Shown: positions 1 through 8,657 of the stretch, piece by piece
How positions within the stretch are numbered: position 1 is the first letter of the stretch
How the letters are laid out: every line of letters begins with the position of its first letter
From: Mycobacterium leprae TN
GTDB lineage: Bacteria > Actinomycetota > Actinomycetes > Mycobacteriales > Mycobacteriaceae
DNA length: 32,000 nucleotides
Assembly: GCF_000195855.1 (NCBI RefSeq)
Contig: NC_002677.1
Span: 1,380,001 to 1,412,000 of the forward strand
Reading direction: 5' to 3'
The notes under the pieces: generated by a model
Told to the model about the DNA's origin: nothing
Seen by the model: the letters and a program-made list of their open reading frames with translations, nothing else
Databases searched by the model: none
Translations under genes and position numbers: made by a program

Positions 1-299
1 CCGTGCCAGGGCATCCGTGCTATCGACGGTGACCGGACCAACATCGTCTACTACAGCGACATCTGCGCCGACGACAGATATCGCCTCGGCCAGGCGTAAG
101 TGGGCTGGACGGTGGTATGTGAGCCAACACCAAGCCTGGCGTCCTGCAAGTCGTGGCCGCACCCGACGGCTTGCAGGACACCTCAATCATGAGGCATCAG
201 GTCAAGTTGGTAGCCGCAGTGGTCGACAACGCCACTTAAGCACCTGTGCCGATTCGCTACTCAACTAGTTTGAGCGAGCGGCTCTTAGGTAGTTTTACG

Positions 300-587
300 T
301 TAGGACCAAGCGGAACTGACAGAGCGGTCAGTGTCAGCCATGGAGGAGCTGGCGCGTTGCACCTTTTGGCCGTGAGAGTTGGCCTGCTCGTAAATCATCT
401 GGAAGTTACGACCCAGGTCGGCTATGAACATTTCATGGGCAGTCGAACCTTGTCCGCCCCAAAACTCAGCGGCGTCCCGCACAGTGGCTAGAATGGCCTG
501 GTGGGTGGTCTCCAACGCAGCCGCTTGAGCGCGGATAGCCGCTCCATGTGCGTCGATCTCCCCAAACTGGTAGTTAATGTTTCCCAT
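300..587 (-). CDS. ESAT-6-like WXG100 protein, Mtb9.9 (EsxL/EsxN-type) subfamily
   Basis: ORF 300..638 trimmed to the internal ATG at 587, which follows a GGAGGAG Shine-Dalgarno. The product MGNINYQFGEIDAHGAAIRAQAAALE... parallels the M. tuberculosis EsxL/EsxN N-terminus as I recall it (MTINYQFGDVDAHGAMIRAQA). A WxG motif (FWGGQGS) is present. The gene lies 51 nt downstream of its partner esx gene. Confidence 0.9.
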   Translation of the reverse strand: MGNINYQFGEIDAHGAAIRAQAAALETTHQAILATVRDAAEFWGGQGSTAHEMFIADLGRNFQMIYEQANSHGQKVQRASSSMADTDRSVSSAWS

Positions 588-638
588 TACTTTGTCTCCT
601 CCTGCACTGAAAGTATTGATTAGCAGCGATTTTCGCAA

Positions 639-941
639 CTAGCTGCCAGAAAGGATTTTCCTCGAGTTCTCTTCTTGGTGCTCGTAGCGATCGGCGGCGG
701 TACCCAGCTGGTCACGCACGTCCTGCAGCAGGGTCACTATGTGGCGAAACGCCTGATTTATCTGCCCCATGGTGTCGTGGGAGGTCAACTGGGCGGTCCC
801 ACTCCAGCCCGCACCAGCGATGTCCATCGAGGACATGAACATCTTGTGGGACTCGTCTCGCACGTTCTGGGCGTGCATGTCAAATTTGCGCGCCATGTCC
901 CGCATCGCCTGTGGGTCGGTCATAAAATGTGCAGCTGTCAT
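639..941 (-). CDS. CFP-10-like WXG100 protein, QILSS (EsxK/EsxM-type) subfamily
   Basis: 100-aa ORF MTAAHFMTDPQAMRDMARKFDMHAQNV... with a WxG motif (GWSGTA), a C-terminal YxxxE export motif (YEHQEE) and a KILSGS tail resembling the QQILSS ending of the EsxK/J/M/P family. It forms a tandem pair with the downstream esx gene. Confidence 0.9.
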   Translation of the reverse strand: MTAAHFMTDPQAMRDMARKFDMHAQNVRDESHKMFMSSMDIAGAGWSGTAQLTSHDTMGQINQAFRHIVTLLQDVRDQLGTAADRYEHQEENSRKILSGS

Positions 942-1003
942 CCTTTATAATTTCCTTCCATTGATTTCGTTGCGTTGTGGATGAAACGTCAACCTCGCAG
1001 CTT

Positions 1004-2269
1004 TTATCCCGCTGCGGGGTTGCGGGGCATCACGAAAGCTCTTGGTTGCAGGCGTAGTGCAGTGTTGACGCCGCCAGTACCGCTGCCTCCGCCAGGGACC
1101 ATAGGTGCCATCGGTAGCCCGCCCCCCAGCAGCGGCGCCGATTCGCTTTCGGTTGCGACGGCCACCCTGGCTGGCGACAATGCGCGCGTCGCTGCCGTAA
1201 CCGGCTGGCTGGCCGTGGTCCAAGTTTGCGGCACCCGCAACGAGCCGATCGACGCGGCCCGACCCAATTGAGCAGTCACGTGACCACCCGAGCTTGAACC
1301 CAGCAATCCGCGGCCTGTCGACTGTACAGCACTTCCCATCGCCTTAAACGCGCTTTCTGCTGCCTTGGTCGTCGTCGGCGCCAAGCTCTTCATCGCCGAA
1401 CCCATGCCGTTGACCAATGACAAACCCGCATTGGCCATGCCCGCATGGTTGTTGATCATCGATAAGGTGTCGTTTATGGGCGACAAGTGTTGTGCAAAGC
1501 CCCCCCACAACTGTGGTGCGGCAGCCGACGAAGAGTCAGGAACAGCTGTTTGTGGGGTGGCGACGTCTACATTTACTTGCTGGTCCACTTGCGGTACGAC
1601 AGTAGCTTCCATCCCCTCATTGACCGCCTGATCGAGTGCGGCTTGGCTGATTGCCTGCTCGGCCTCAACAACCTCCTCAACAACCTCCTCAACAACCTCC
1701 TCAACAACCTCCTCAACAACCTCCTGGGCTAACCCGACCTCATTGACCCCCAGCGGCGGCGCCGTAAATGCTTTCGTCGCCCCCACTGCCTCCAGCACAC
1801 TAGCTTGATAGCTGGTCATTGCTGCCGCGTCTTGGATCCACATCTCGGTGTATTCGGCCTCCTTCTCCGCGATCGCGGTGGAGTTTTGCCCGAAAATGTT
1901 GCTCATAATCAGCAGGCATGCTTGCGCGCGGTTCACGAACACCATCAGGGGCGGCACCGTCATTGTAAAAGCTGTTTCGTAGGCGTTCGCTGCTACCGTG
2001 AGCTGGGTTGCGGTCAGCTCGGCGCTTGCGGCGTTCTGGGTAAGCCACTTCTCATACGGCGTGACCCGCTCTGCCAGCGCCGCTGCTGACTCACCTTCAA
2101 ATGTTGTTAGTAATGCTTCGACCGCTGACTGCAACCCCTGCGCTGCAGCAGTCAGCTCCTTAGCCAGAACAACCCATGCTGCGGCAGCGGTCAATATCGG
2201 GCTGGAGCCCGGGCCGAGATACATCCGGGTGGAGTTGGTCTCGGGCGACAGCGCTGCGAAATCGAACAT
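1004..2269 (-). CDS. PPE family protein (SVP subfamily)
   Basis: 421-aa ORF. The N-terminus MFDFAALSPETNSTRMYLGPGS matches the conserved PPE domain (canonical [21 protein letters not shown]). The C-terminal part contains GSLRVPQTW, the GxxSVPxxW motif of the PPE-SVP subgroup. An AAGGGAG Shine-Dalgarno precedes the ATG. The position, PE upstream and esx pair downstream, is the classical arrangement. Confidence 0.92.
   Translation of the reverse strand: MFDFAALSPETNSTRMYLGPGSSPILTAAAAWVVLAKELTAAAQGLQSAVEALLTTFEGESAAALAERVTPYEKWLTQNAASAELTATQLTVAANAYETAFTMTVPPLMVFVNRAQACLLIMSNIFGQNSTAIAEKEAEYTEMWIQDAAAMTSYQASVLEAVGATKAFTAPPLGVNEVGLAQEVVEEVVEEVVEEVVEEVVEAEQAISQAALDQAVNEGMEATVVPQVDQQVNVDVATPQTAVPDSSSAAAPQLWGGFAQHLSPINDTLSMINNHAGMANAGLSLVNGMGSAMKSLAPTTTKAAESAFKAMGSAVQSTGRGLLGSSSGGHVTAQLGRAASIGSLRVPQTWTTASQPVTAATRALSPARVAVATESESAPLLGGGLPMAPMVPGGGSGTGGVNTALRLQPRAFVMPRNPAAG
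1664..1723. repeat. Perfect 12-bp x5 tandem repeat (CTCAACAACCTC), in frame within the PPE gene, encoding (EVVE)5
   Basis: Counted directly: five identical head-to-tail 12-mers. On the minus strand the unit is GAGGTTGTTGAG, which appears in the ORF translation as EVVEEVVEEVVEEVVEEVVE. Confidence 0.97.
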
Positions 2270-2325
2270 CTCGTCGCTCCCTTATTACTCGTTGGTAGCC
2301 ACTCGTGTGCAGCTAGCGACGTCCG

Positions 2326-2625
2326 CTATAAACTATCGTGATTGGCAGTCTCGGTACCCGCATATGCTGACGAGCTCGTCAACAAGCTCTGGATTAGATC
2401 CTGATGATTGGTCGCGCCCTGAGAGGCGTGCGCCTGGTACTGTCTCCCATGGCCACTGAAAAAATGTGCTAGCAAGATTGACACATCATCGGCAGCTGGG
2501 GGAGCAATTTCAGTGGTCAGCTGGGCCGCCGCGGCGTTGCTTGCCACTGTGGCAGCACTGAGGCCCTCCAAGGTGTTAGCTGCCGCGGTCAGGGCCTGTG
2601 GCTCTGCATTCAAGAAAAGGGGCAT
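2326..2625 (-). CDS. PE family protein (PE-only, 99 aa)
   Basis: MPLFLNAEPQALTAAANTLEGLSAATVASNAAAAQLTTEIAPPAADDVSILLAHFFSGHGRQYQ... follows the conserved PE domain layout. A YxxxE secretion motif (YAGTE) lies near the C-terminus. A GAGGAGGAA Shine-Dalgarno precedes the ATG. The gene sits directly upstream of the PPE gene. Confidence 0.85.
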   Translation of the reverse strand: MPLFLNAEPQALTAAANTLEGLSAATVASNAAAAQLTTEIAPPAADDVSILLAHFFSGHGRQYQAHASQGATNHQDLIQSLLTSSSAYAGTETANHDSL

Positions 2626-2754
2626 GCGGTTCCTCCTCGAAACTCAAACAATCCGACTACTGCACGGGGAAAGCTCAAGCGACCTGCTCACCTGCGCCTC
2701 CCTTCCGACTGCTTGGTGGTACGAACTGGCCTTAATGATCTCCGTTATGCAACG

Positions 2755-2790
2755 TTTACAACAGGTTAAGAGTTTATAACAGGTTAAAAC
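2755..2790. repeat. 18-bp tandem direct repeat x2 (TTTACAACAGGTTAAGAG / TTTATAACAGGTTAAAAC) upstream of the PE gene
   Basis: 15 of 18 positions are identical. The repeat lies 130-165 bp upstream of the PE start codon, in an AT-richer stretch. Its function is unknown. Confidence 0.8.
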
Positions 2791-3007
2791 CACCCGAGTT
2801 GCCGCAGTTTAAGGTGCAAAGTGCACCCATCGACCCGGCAAAAGGTTAATTCCGTCTAAACAAATAAACACTAGGTAAACAGCACTCGAAAGATTTGTAA
2901 AATTGGGCAACAGTATGCATGCTCCGTCACCGGTGTAATTGCCAGGTATGCTTCCCCGCCCGGAGCGATGGGTACACCACCCGCAGCGGATCCTAGTTAT
3001 GCGATAT

Positions 3008-3554
3008 ATGACGCCTAAAACGATTATCGTTACCGGTGTCAGTGGCGGCATCGGGCTGCGACGACTCGTCGGTTACGTCGGCGAGGCGAAACACTACTTG
3101 TTGTAGTGGTGGTGGACCGGTAGGTAAGCAGGACCGCCGTCGTGGCCACGGAGTTGGGCACGGACTATACTTAGGTGTTGCCTTCTCCGAGCTGTGCTGG
3201 CCACATGAACTTTCCTTCGTAAGGTCACCATCACTGACTTGAAAAGTGCGGATCGGAGTCGGCCTAACACTGGCCTATGTGCTCGTGAAGCTGGAATTTA
3301 TCTTGTTCACCAGGGAATTGCATCGGCGTTACCGTTTTGACGGGGCTCTCGGTTGCTTAAACTCATATTGTGCAGCACAGGCCGGTGGAGCGATTTGTCG
3401 TGGCCGTAGACCAGAACTCCTAACCAGTTGGTCTAGTTGGTTACCACCACGCCCGGTGTGGATTGGGTTCCTGGCGAAATACTATAATCGAAGTACAAGT
3501 ATCGCGGAAATCAATCGCGCAGCCTACGACCTAGGTTTTGCGTGTCTATTTTGA
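3008..3554 (+). pseudogene. Short-chain dehydrogenase/reductase (SDR) relic
   Basis: The ATG at 3008 opens MTPKTIIVTGVSGGIGLRRLV..., the TGxxxGIG Rossmann motif. The frame then breaks repeatedly. Only weak SDR-like strings appear in shifted frames downstream (VAVDQNS.PVGLVGY). Confidence 0.45.
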
Positions 3555-3723
3555 GATCGCACACTGGCCCAGATCACCTAACAACTCCAGCGAGTGATCA
3601 CCCGTCAGAAATCGCATACGCTGACCCCAAAATCGATAATTCTCCTTATGATTGCACGGTTTCGCAGGTCATTGTAGGCGTTGTTGATGTTGTATAAACG
3701 TTAGTGCTTCGTGATCATCTCGT

Positions 3724-4713
3724 CTAGCTGTACTTGGCCTGTCTAGGGTAGATCCTGGCCAGTCGGAAGATGTCCTCCTGTGGGTTGTGTGAACTAAAGA
3801 CGTTGCCTGCGAGCATTTTGTTCATCGGGGTCAAGTCCTGAAGATCAATCTTGATTGGCCAAGTCAGTTGCGAGGCCATGCCGGTGAGTACGGAGACCCC
3901 GCTCTTGCAGGGTAGCATTAGCGCGTAGTGGACGTTGTCGCTGACGATCAACAAAGGCGAGATGACAACGGCGTCAGCCATTATTCCATATGTCAGATGG
4001 CGTAACAGATTTAGTGCGTCGACCACTATTGCAGCTTTGTGGGTAGCGCTGAGCTGCCGTGCTAATTTTTGCTTGAATTCGCCTCGATCAACAGAGACCA
4101 TCTTTGCGGCGCCTCCGATCCGGGTGCTCTGGATCGCACTGGTTTGGATTCCTCCGGTACCGCCTGAGTGCATTCCGGGACAGTTTGCAATTGAATCGTA
4201 GCCGGCTGTAATGGCGCACGACAGTAACGCGCTTGGTGCCAGTGGCCAGTGGTAAGTGGTGGTTCTGTCTTCACGAGTGAATCCCTAGATACCACAGTGG
4301 TGTTTTGTGAAGGGTTTCCGACATTGGCACAGATGGCCGAGGATCAATCATCGGCAGTGTGATGGCGGAATGTGCCGTCGGTAGGCATGTCCGGCGTTAA
4401 GACGGTGGCCCCGATGTCACAGATGTACTCCATTGTGTTCGCACACCAGCGGGACTGGCAGCACACTGCGCCCAGCGATATCGTCAAGGCATCGTGCCAG
4501 CCGATCGTCGGGAACATGAGTGGGCAGCTCGAGGGATCGAAGCGCTTTATTGGATGCGGACAGATCCTCTTTGAGGATGTGGTCATCGGAGTGGCACAAC
4601 CAGGAAGCAACTATCTCGACCGGGACTTCGCCGGTCCACGGCGGGTCTAGTTCACATTCCTCACCAGACCACGGTCCGCCGACGTCATGCAGGATAGCCG
4701 CCCGACTCCTCAT
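3724..4713 (-). pseudogene. Zn-dependent alcohol dehydrogenase pseudogene (multiple frameshifts)
   Basis: Three collinear pieces lie in different frames. 4417..4713 gives MRSRAAILHDVGGPWSGEECELDPP..VASWLCHSDDH (N-terminus plus catalytic Zn Cys-His). 4344..4610 gives CCQSRWCANTMEYICDIGATVLTPDMPTDGTFRHH (structural Zn Cys cluster). 3724..4173 gives GGTGGIQTSAIQSTRIGGAAKMVSVDRGEFKQKLARQLSATH (NAD-binding GxGxxG region). Confidence 0.8.
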
Positions 4714-4772
4714 GCTGCCTTTCTATACGGACGTGAAAGTGACCAGGAAGTCTATTGGGCTATCAGGTAAGG

Positions 4773-5455
4773 TCAACCCGACAATTCTGGACTTTTTATC
4801 CTTTCCATGGTTGCCAACAAGGGCCTAGATTTAGTGATGCGATCGAACAAGTTGTTCAACATCACCCGTGTGTCCAGCTGTGCTAGGCCTATCCCTAGGC
4901 ACATGTGGCTCCCAGCCAAGGTGGTATGAGCTTGCCGTGGCCAGTGGATGTCGAAGGTGTTGGGCTCGGTCCACCGGCTTCCATCGCGGTTGGCCGAGCC
5001 CATGAGTATGTCGACTCCTGCGTTGGGAAGGATGGTCTTGCCGCCTATTGCGAGTTAGGCAATTGTAATCCGGGTGACTGAGGCCCAGTTGGGGGTTTCG
5101 GACCGCGAGCCTTCTTCGATCGCGCTTGGAATCAGGGACCGGTCCTAATAACCATCGCCAGCTGCTCGGGGTGGATGTAGATAATCCGGCCTGAACTGGC
5201 CCACTGCTACGTCAACGAGCGTGGTGATCAAGCCGCCTCGGAGCGCGCCAGAAGTGTTGACCATCTGCGGGCTAATCGGCGTCGTCGTCGCGAACTTGCC
5301 TTCGCGGTGCTCGGCCGCTCGCTGATCTGGGTGAACAGCTCGCCGAGCAAGGGCGGGGATTGCTCGTCGCTGTTTCGAATGCCGAGAGTGCCGCTAAAGG
5401 AATTATACAGTTGGCCGCGTCTATCGTGTGCTGGTTCCATTCGGTTCTCAGCCAA
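4773..5455 (-). pseudogene. Cytochrome P450 pseudogene (C-terminal two thirds recognisable; N-terminus missing or unreadable)
   Basis: 4773..5003 reads GSANRDGSRWTEPNTFDIHWPRQAHTTLAGSHMCLGIGLAQLD, a degraded FxxGxHxCxG heme loop. Upstream pieces lie in other frames: IPSAIEE.. (K-helix), HPEQLAMV, and LLARSEAA (I-helix AGxETT-like). An in-frame stop falls within ..RITIA*LAIGGKTILPNAGV. Confidence 0.75.
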
Positions 5456-5471
5456 TGTAACCGGAGTGCCC

Positions 5472-5992
5472 TCACCACCGTCTGCATGGATATCCCGGCC
5501 GCGGCACCGATATCCATGCCCGGGCCCAAGACCCGTCGGTGATGCCTTGTTCCACGATGTCGCGGATCAATTGGTAGAGCGGAGGGAGGCACGTGCGCGT
5601 ATTCGCGGGGACGGGTCTCGTCCAGATGCAGGTTATTAGAGACTCAACTACAGATTTTAGCGTGTTGTCCTGAGTGCTTGATTCTGGCTGTGTGCTGATG
5701 CTGTCGATCATCAGTTCAGCGTGGCGGTGCTGTTTAGTCTGCGGGTCGCAGCGTGCTGCAAGTGTGCCGATTGCGCGATAATCCTGTCTAACAGTGCTAG
5801 CAGCAATTCGTTTTTGCTACTGAAATGCTGGTAAAATGTGCACAGCGCGTCTTGGAGCGTGGGAAGACTTCTTGCACGGTGAAGTCGGCGTGTTCCGATT
5901 TTGCTCAGTATTTCTACTGCTATCTTGATTTTACAAAGTGGTCGGCGCGCGCTATCTTTCGACGTCATCCGCTCTGGTCGTGGGCCTCTCAC
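5472..5992 (-). pseudogene. TetR-family regulator pseudogene
   Basis: 5711..5992 carries a recognisable TetR helix-turn-helix region ending ..CTFYQHFSSKNELLLALLDRI (canonical TLYxHFxSKxELL). The reading frame changes at about 5711. The C-terminal part (LIRDIVEQGITDGS) continues in ORF 5472..5711. Confidence 0.65.
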
Positions 5993-6605
5993 TCAACTCT
6001 AAGACCGACGTTCATCTCTGGGAATGCGGTTACAGTATTTTGTTGCGGCCGGTAGTGCGAATCCTCGCCTCGGTAGTTGGCCCCGCTTTGCTCGATTTGT
6101 GTTGTGGCTTAACGATTTTGAGTATTGTTTGCTTTTTCTTGGTGCGGCGGCAATGCGGTGCGCCCGCATGGTGATGCGCCAGCCCGGACAAATGAGCTGG
6201 TGCCGACAAGAACCTACGGAACTGTACATTTGGCATTGCGGAAAATCTACGAAACCGTATTTGCAAGCAACAGTCGACAACTGTAATATTCTCCCAGCCT
6301 TATAGTGTGGATCACGTATACAATTTTGTCAGGGAAGCTTGAATGACGAAGGTTTGGACGGTAGCCGAGATGGAGATGATACGTAAGAGGTATCGATGGT
6401 GACAGTGCGAGGGGTGAACAAAGGATTGGCGTTGAACAGTTCGTCAGTGCCAACTTTGGTTGATGCTCATGTTGTTGCGGTGCCTGCTATTACGCGCAGA
6501 GCGGCGAGTGGCGGTTGATGCCGAGCTTTTTCCCGCAAGTGACTACGAACGTAAAGTCCATTCGACAGTTGAGGTTTATTTTTCTTTGGCTAGTGGAGAC
6601 AGGCG

Positions 6606-7084
6606 ATGGGGCTGACGACTCCTGCTGATGTTCATAATGTTGCGTTCTCTTAAGCCACGCATCGGCAAACGTGGTTACAGCGAAGAATGAGGTCGATCTC
6701 TTTCTTGACCTCATTGAGGAAGAGGTGGTCAGCCATATCGAGAGGAATGCTGAGCTCCGTAATCGTGTTGCTGGGCTAGACAAGCGGAACACCAGGCTCG
6801 CTGACGGACAAGTCGAGCTTGCACAGCGGTGCACTGCTGTCACTCAGCGGGAACGGCAAGTTGGTGAACAAGAGGCCCGGCTGTGCCCGCAAGAAGCCGC
6901 GATCGCCCGGCGGGAGGTCCGGCTGCGTCAGCAAGAAACCGAGTTTGCCCAACGGCACGCTGTTGTGAGTGAAGGTGAATGGCAAGTTAGCCAACAAGAG
7001 GCTTGGCTCTACGAGAGCAAGAAACTGAGATTCGTGAGCGGCAGGACCGATCAGAGTCGATCCGTCCTTTTGCGTCAACGGTGA
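6606..7084 (+). pseudogene. DivIVA-domain (Wag31-paralogue) pseudogene
   Basis: From the ATG at 6606 the sequence reads [15 protein letters not shown], then shifts +1 to KPRIGKRGYSEE, then shifts +1 again to EVDLFLDLIEEEVVSHIERNAELRNRVAGLD. Together these reconstruct the Wag31 N-terminus as I recall it ([37 protein letters not shown]). Two frameshifts fall within about 40 nt. A coiled-coil tail follows, to the stop at 7084. Confidence 0.78.
6815..7009. repeat. Internal 126-bp-period duplication in the coiled-coil part of the DivIVA relic
   Basis: 6815-6883 and 6941-7009 align without gaps at about 71% identity (49 of 69 by my count). The peptides are ELAQRCTAVTQRERQVGEQEARL and EFAQRHAVVSEGEWQVSQQEAWL. 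Confidence 0.6.
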
Positions 7085-7173
7085 TGCAGCTATTTACCAT
7101 ATGACGCAGTCCTCTCACTCTGTGCCTCAATGCATTGCGCCACATCTGCAGCACGTCGTTACCCATGGTTTGC

Positions 7174-7457
7174 TTCGCTCCTAGAGTGGGCGGACAGTAA
7201 GCGCGGTGCATGGTCGGCACCGCATGGAGCGGACAGCCGATTCGGGCGGTGACCGACATACTCGGTAACAGGATGGCTGAGACGGTGTGTGAGTGTATGC
7301 GCACGAGTACGGTTCAACCCACGCCAGTGCGTAATTGCCTAATGAGGTGGTCTCTCCATTGCAGGATCTCATGCGCGAGAACGCCGAATTTAACCGATCC
7401 AACGGCATTCTCAAAGCTGTGGCGGCTCTCCTTGCTGCTGAGCTTGACCGGCACTAA
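7174..7457 (+). mobile_element. IS3-family (IS6110-like) transposase orfA fossil; orfB and inverted repeats absent
   Basis: The translation ..AVTDILGNRMAETVCECMRTSTVQPTPVRN (frame 1), then after a shift ..PLQDLMRENAEFNRSNGILKAVAALLAAELDRH*, is collinear with IS6110 OrfA as I recall it (..AISEVARLLGVGCAETVRKWVRQAQVDAGARPG...ELKRLRRDNAELRRANAILKTASAFFAAELDRPAR). An in-frame stop and a frameshift are present. Confidence 0.7.
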
Positions 7458-7464
7458 GTGTGTT

Positions 7465-8640
7465 GTGGCCTGCGGTGCGATGATCAGCTTCTTCGGGCTG
7501 CTGTCACCGTTGAGCGGTTCACCTTATGTTGTCACTGTGTGTGGAATCTGGTCGATGAATTCCAGCGTTTTCGGAACTTTGTATCTGTCAAGCTTGCTCT
7601 TTGCTTAGTCGATCACCTGCTGCTCTGTCGACGGCACAGCCTTGTGGTTAGCGGAGTAGTTTGCACCACCGCGTGCGCACCTTGCATCCCCAGCGCGAGT
7701 CGGCCATTTCGACGACCACCACGTCCGGCAGATGCCTGAGTGTGTGGCAAGGGCAGACTCGACTTCGACTGGAAAGACGCTGGTGCCGCCGGTGATGATC
7801 ATGTCGGCAAGGCCGTCTACGATGTCGATGTGGAAGTGGCCATCGGATTACAGGTGGCGGATAATCGCCAAATTAAAGGAATCCAACGTCGGTTGACGGT
7901 AGCGGTAAAGCCCCACCCAGATAGCGGTAGTCAGTGCTCATCGGTGCGTGCAGATACATGTCGCCATCTTCTACCGGACCCCAGCGGTCTTTGTTCGGCA
8001 TCTAGAATTTGGATATCGGTATTCGAGAAGTCGCGGCCTACGTTGCCCGGATGAGTGAGCCACTCGTCGCTGCGCAATGCCGTGAGTCCTCGGGTTCTTA
8101 GTGCCTGTCGTAGGAGATGACAATCTGTTCGAGACTGAGTAGTTCGAGCCAGCTATGCAATAGCCGGTTGGCATCACGGCAGCGCCCTGCGAGGATAAAG
8201 ATTAAAGATGACGTTGGACAAGTCTCGTTTAGTCCGATGTCAGGCAGGGCTACGATACTCGCCAGCATGGTCGGCGTGGCCGTGAAGTTGGTAATCTGAT
8301 ACCACTCGACTATGTTCACAACCAGTGTCGCTTCGAACTTTTCGGGCATAACCAGATGGTCGTCTCCCATAAGAGATGAGGAGGGTGGCGAAGCCGTTTG
8401 GTGTGATGTATCGGCACGGGTACCAATGGCTTGCTGCCTGGACCACTGGCGTCCAGGTCGATCAGAACGGCTCGCTGTGCTGAGGGATGCGGAGCGACGG
8501 GGCTAAATTAAGGATCACCTTGGTCGTGTCGGTTGATTTTCTGCTGAAAATTCCTTTTTCTGTCGGGAAATTGCTTCAGGAATTGGGCTTTCGGACTCGC
8601 AGCTGAGAATATGCATAGGTGGGTGCATGGTAGAATAGTT
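7465..8640 (-). pseudogene. Acyl-CoA synthetase / AMP-binding (FadD-type) pseudogene
   Basis: Collinear motifs lie in shifting frames. 8098..8370 reads GDDHLVMPEKFEATLVVNIVEWYQITNFTATPTMLASIVALPD. 7605..7802 reads MIITGGTSVFPVEVESALATHSGI (the DxIxSGGENVYPxEVE motif). The C-terminus reads AKSKLDRYKVPKTLEFIDQIPHTVT (the LAxYKxPxxxxFVxxLP motif). There are several stops and frameshifts, and the 5' end is unclear. Confidence 0.75.
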
Positions 8641-8657
8641 TCTATTCCTGTCGCAGG

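Noticed and set aside
3724-5992. Possibility that the ADH, P450 and TetR ORF fragments are separate small intact genes
   Set aside because: Adjacent fragments continue the same protein family in the expected N-to-C order but in different frames. One example is the ATGA overlap at 5711 that splits the TetR HTH from its C-terminal domain. That is the signature of frameshifted pseudogenes, not of independent genes.
6490-6843. 117-aa minus-strand ORF
   Set aside because: It lies antisense to the DivIVA-domain relic, whose sense-strand match to the Wag31 N-terminus is far more convincing.
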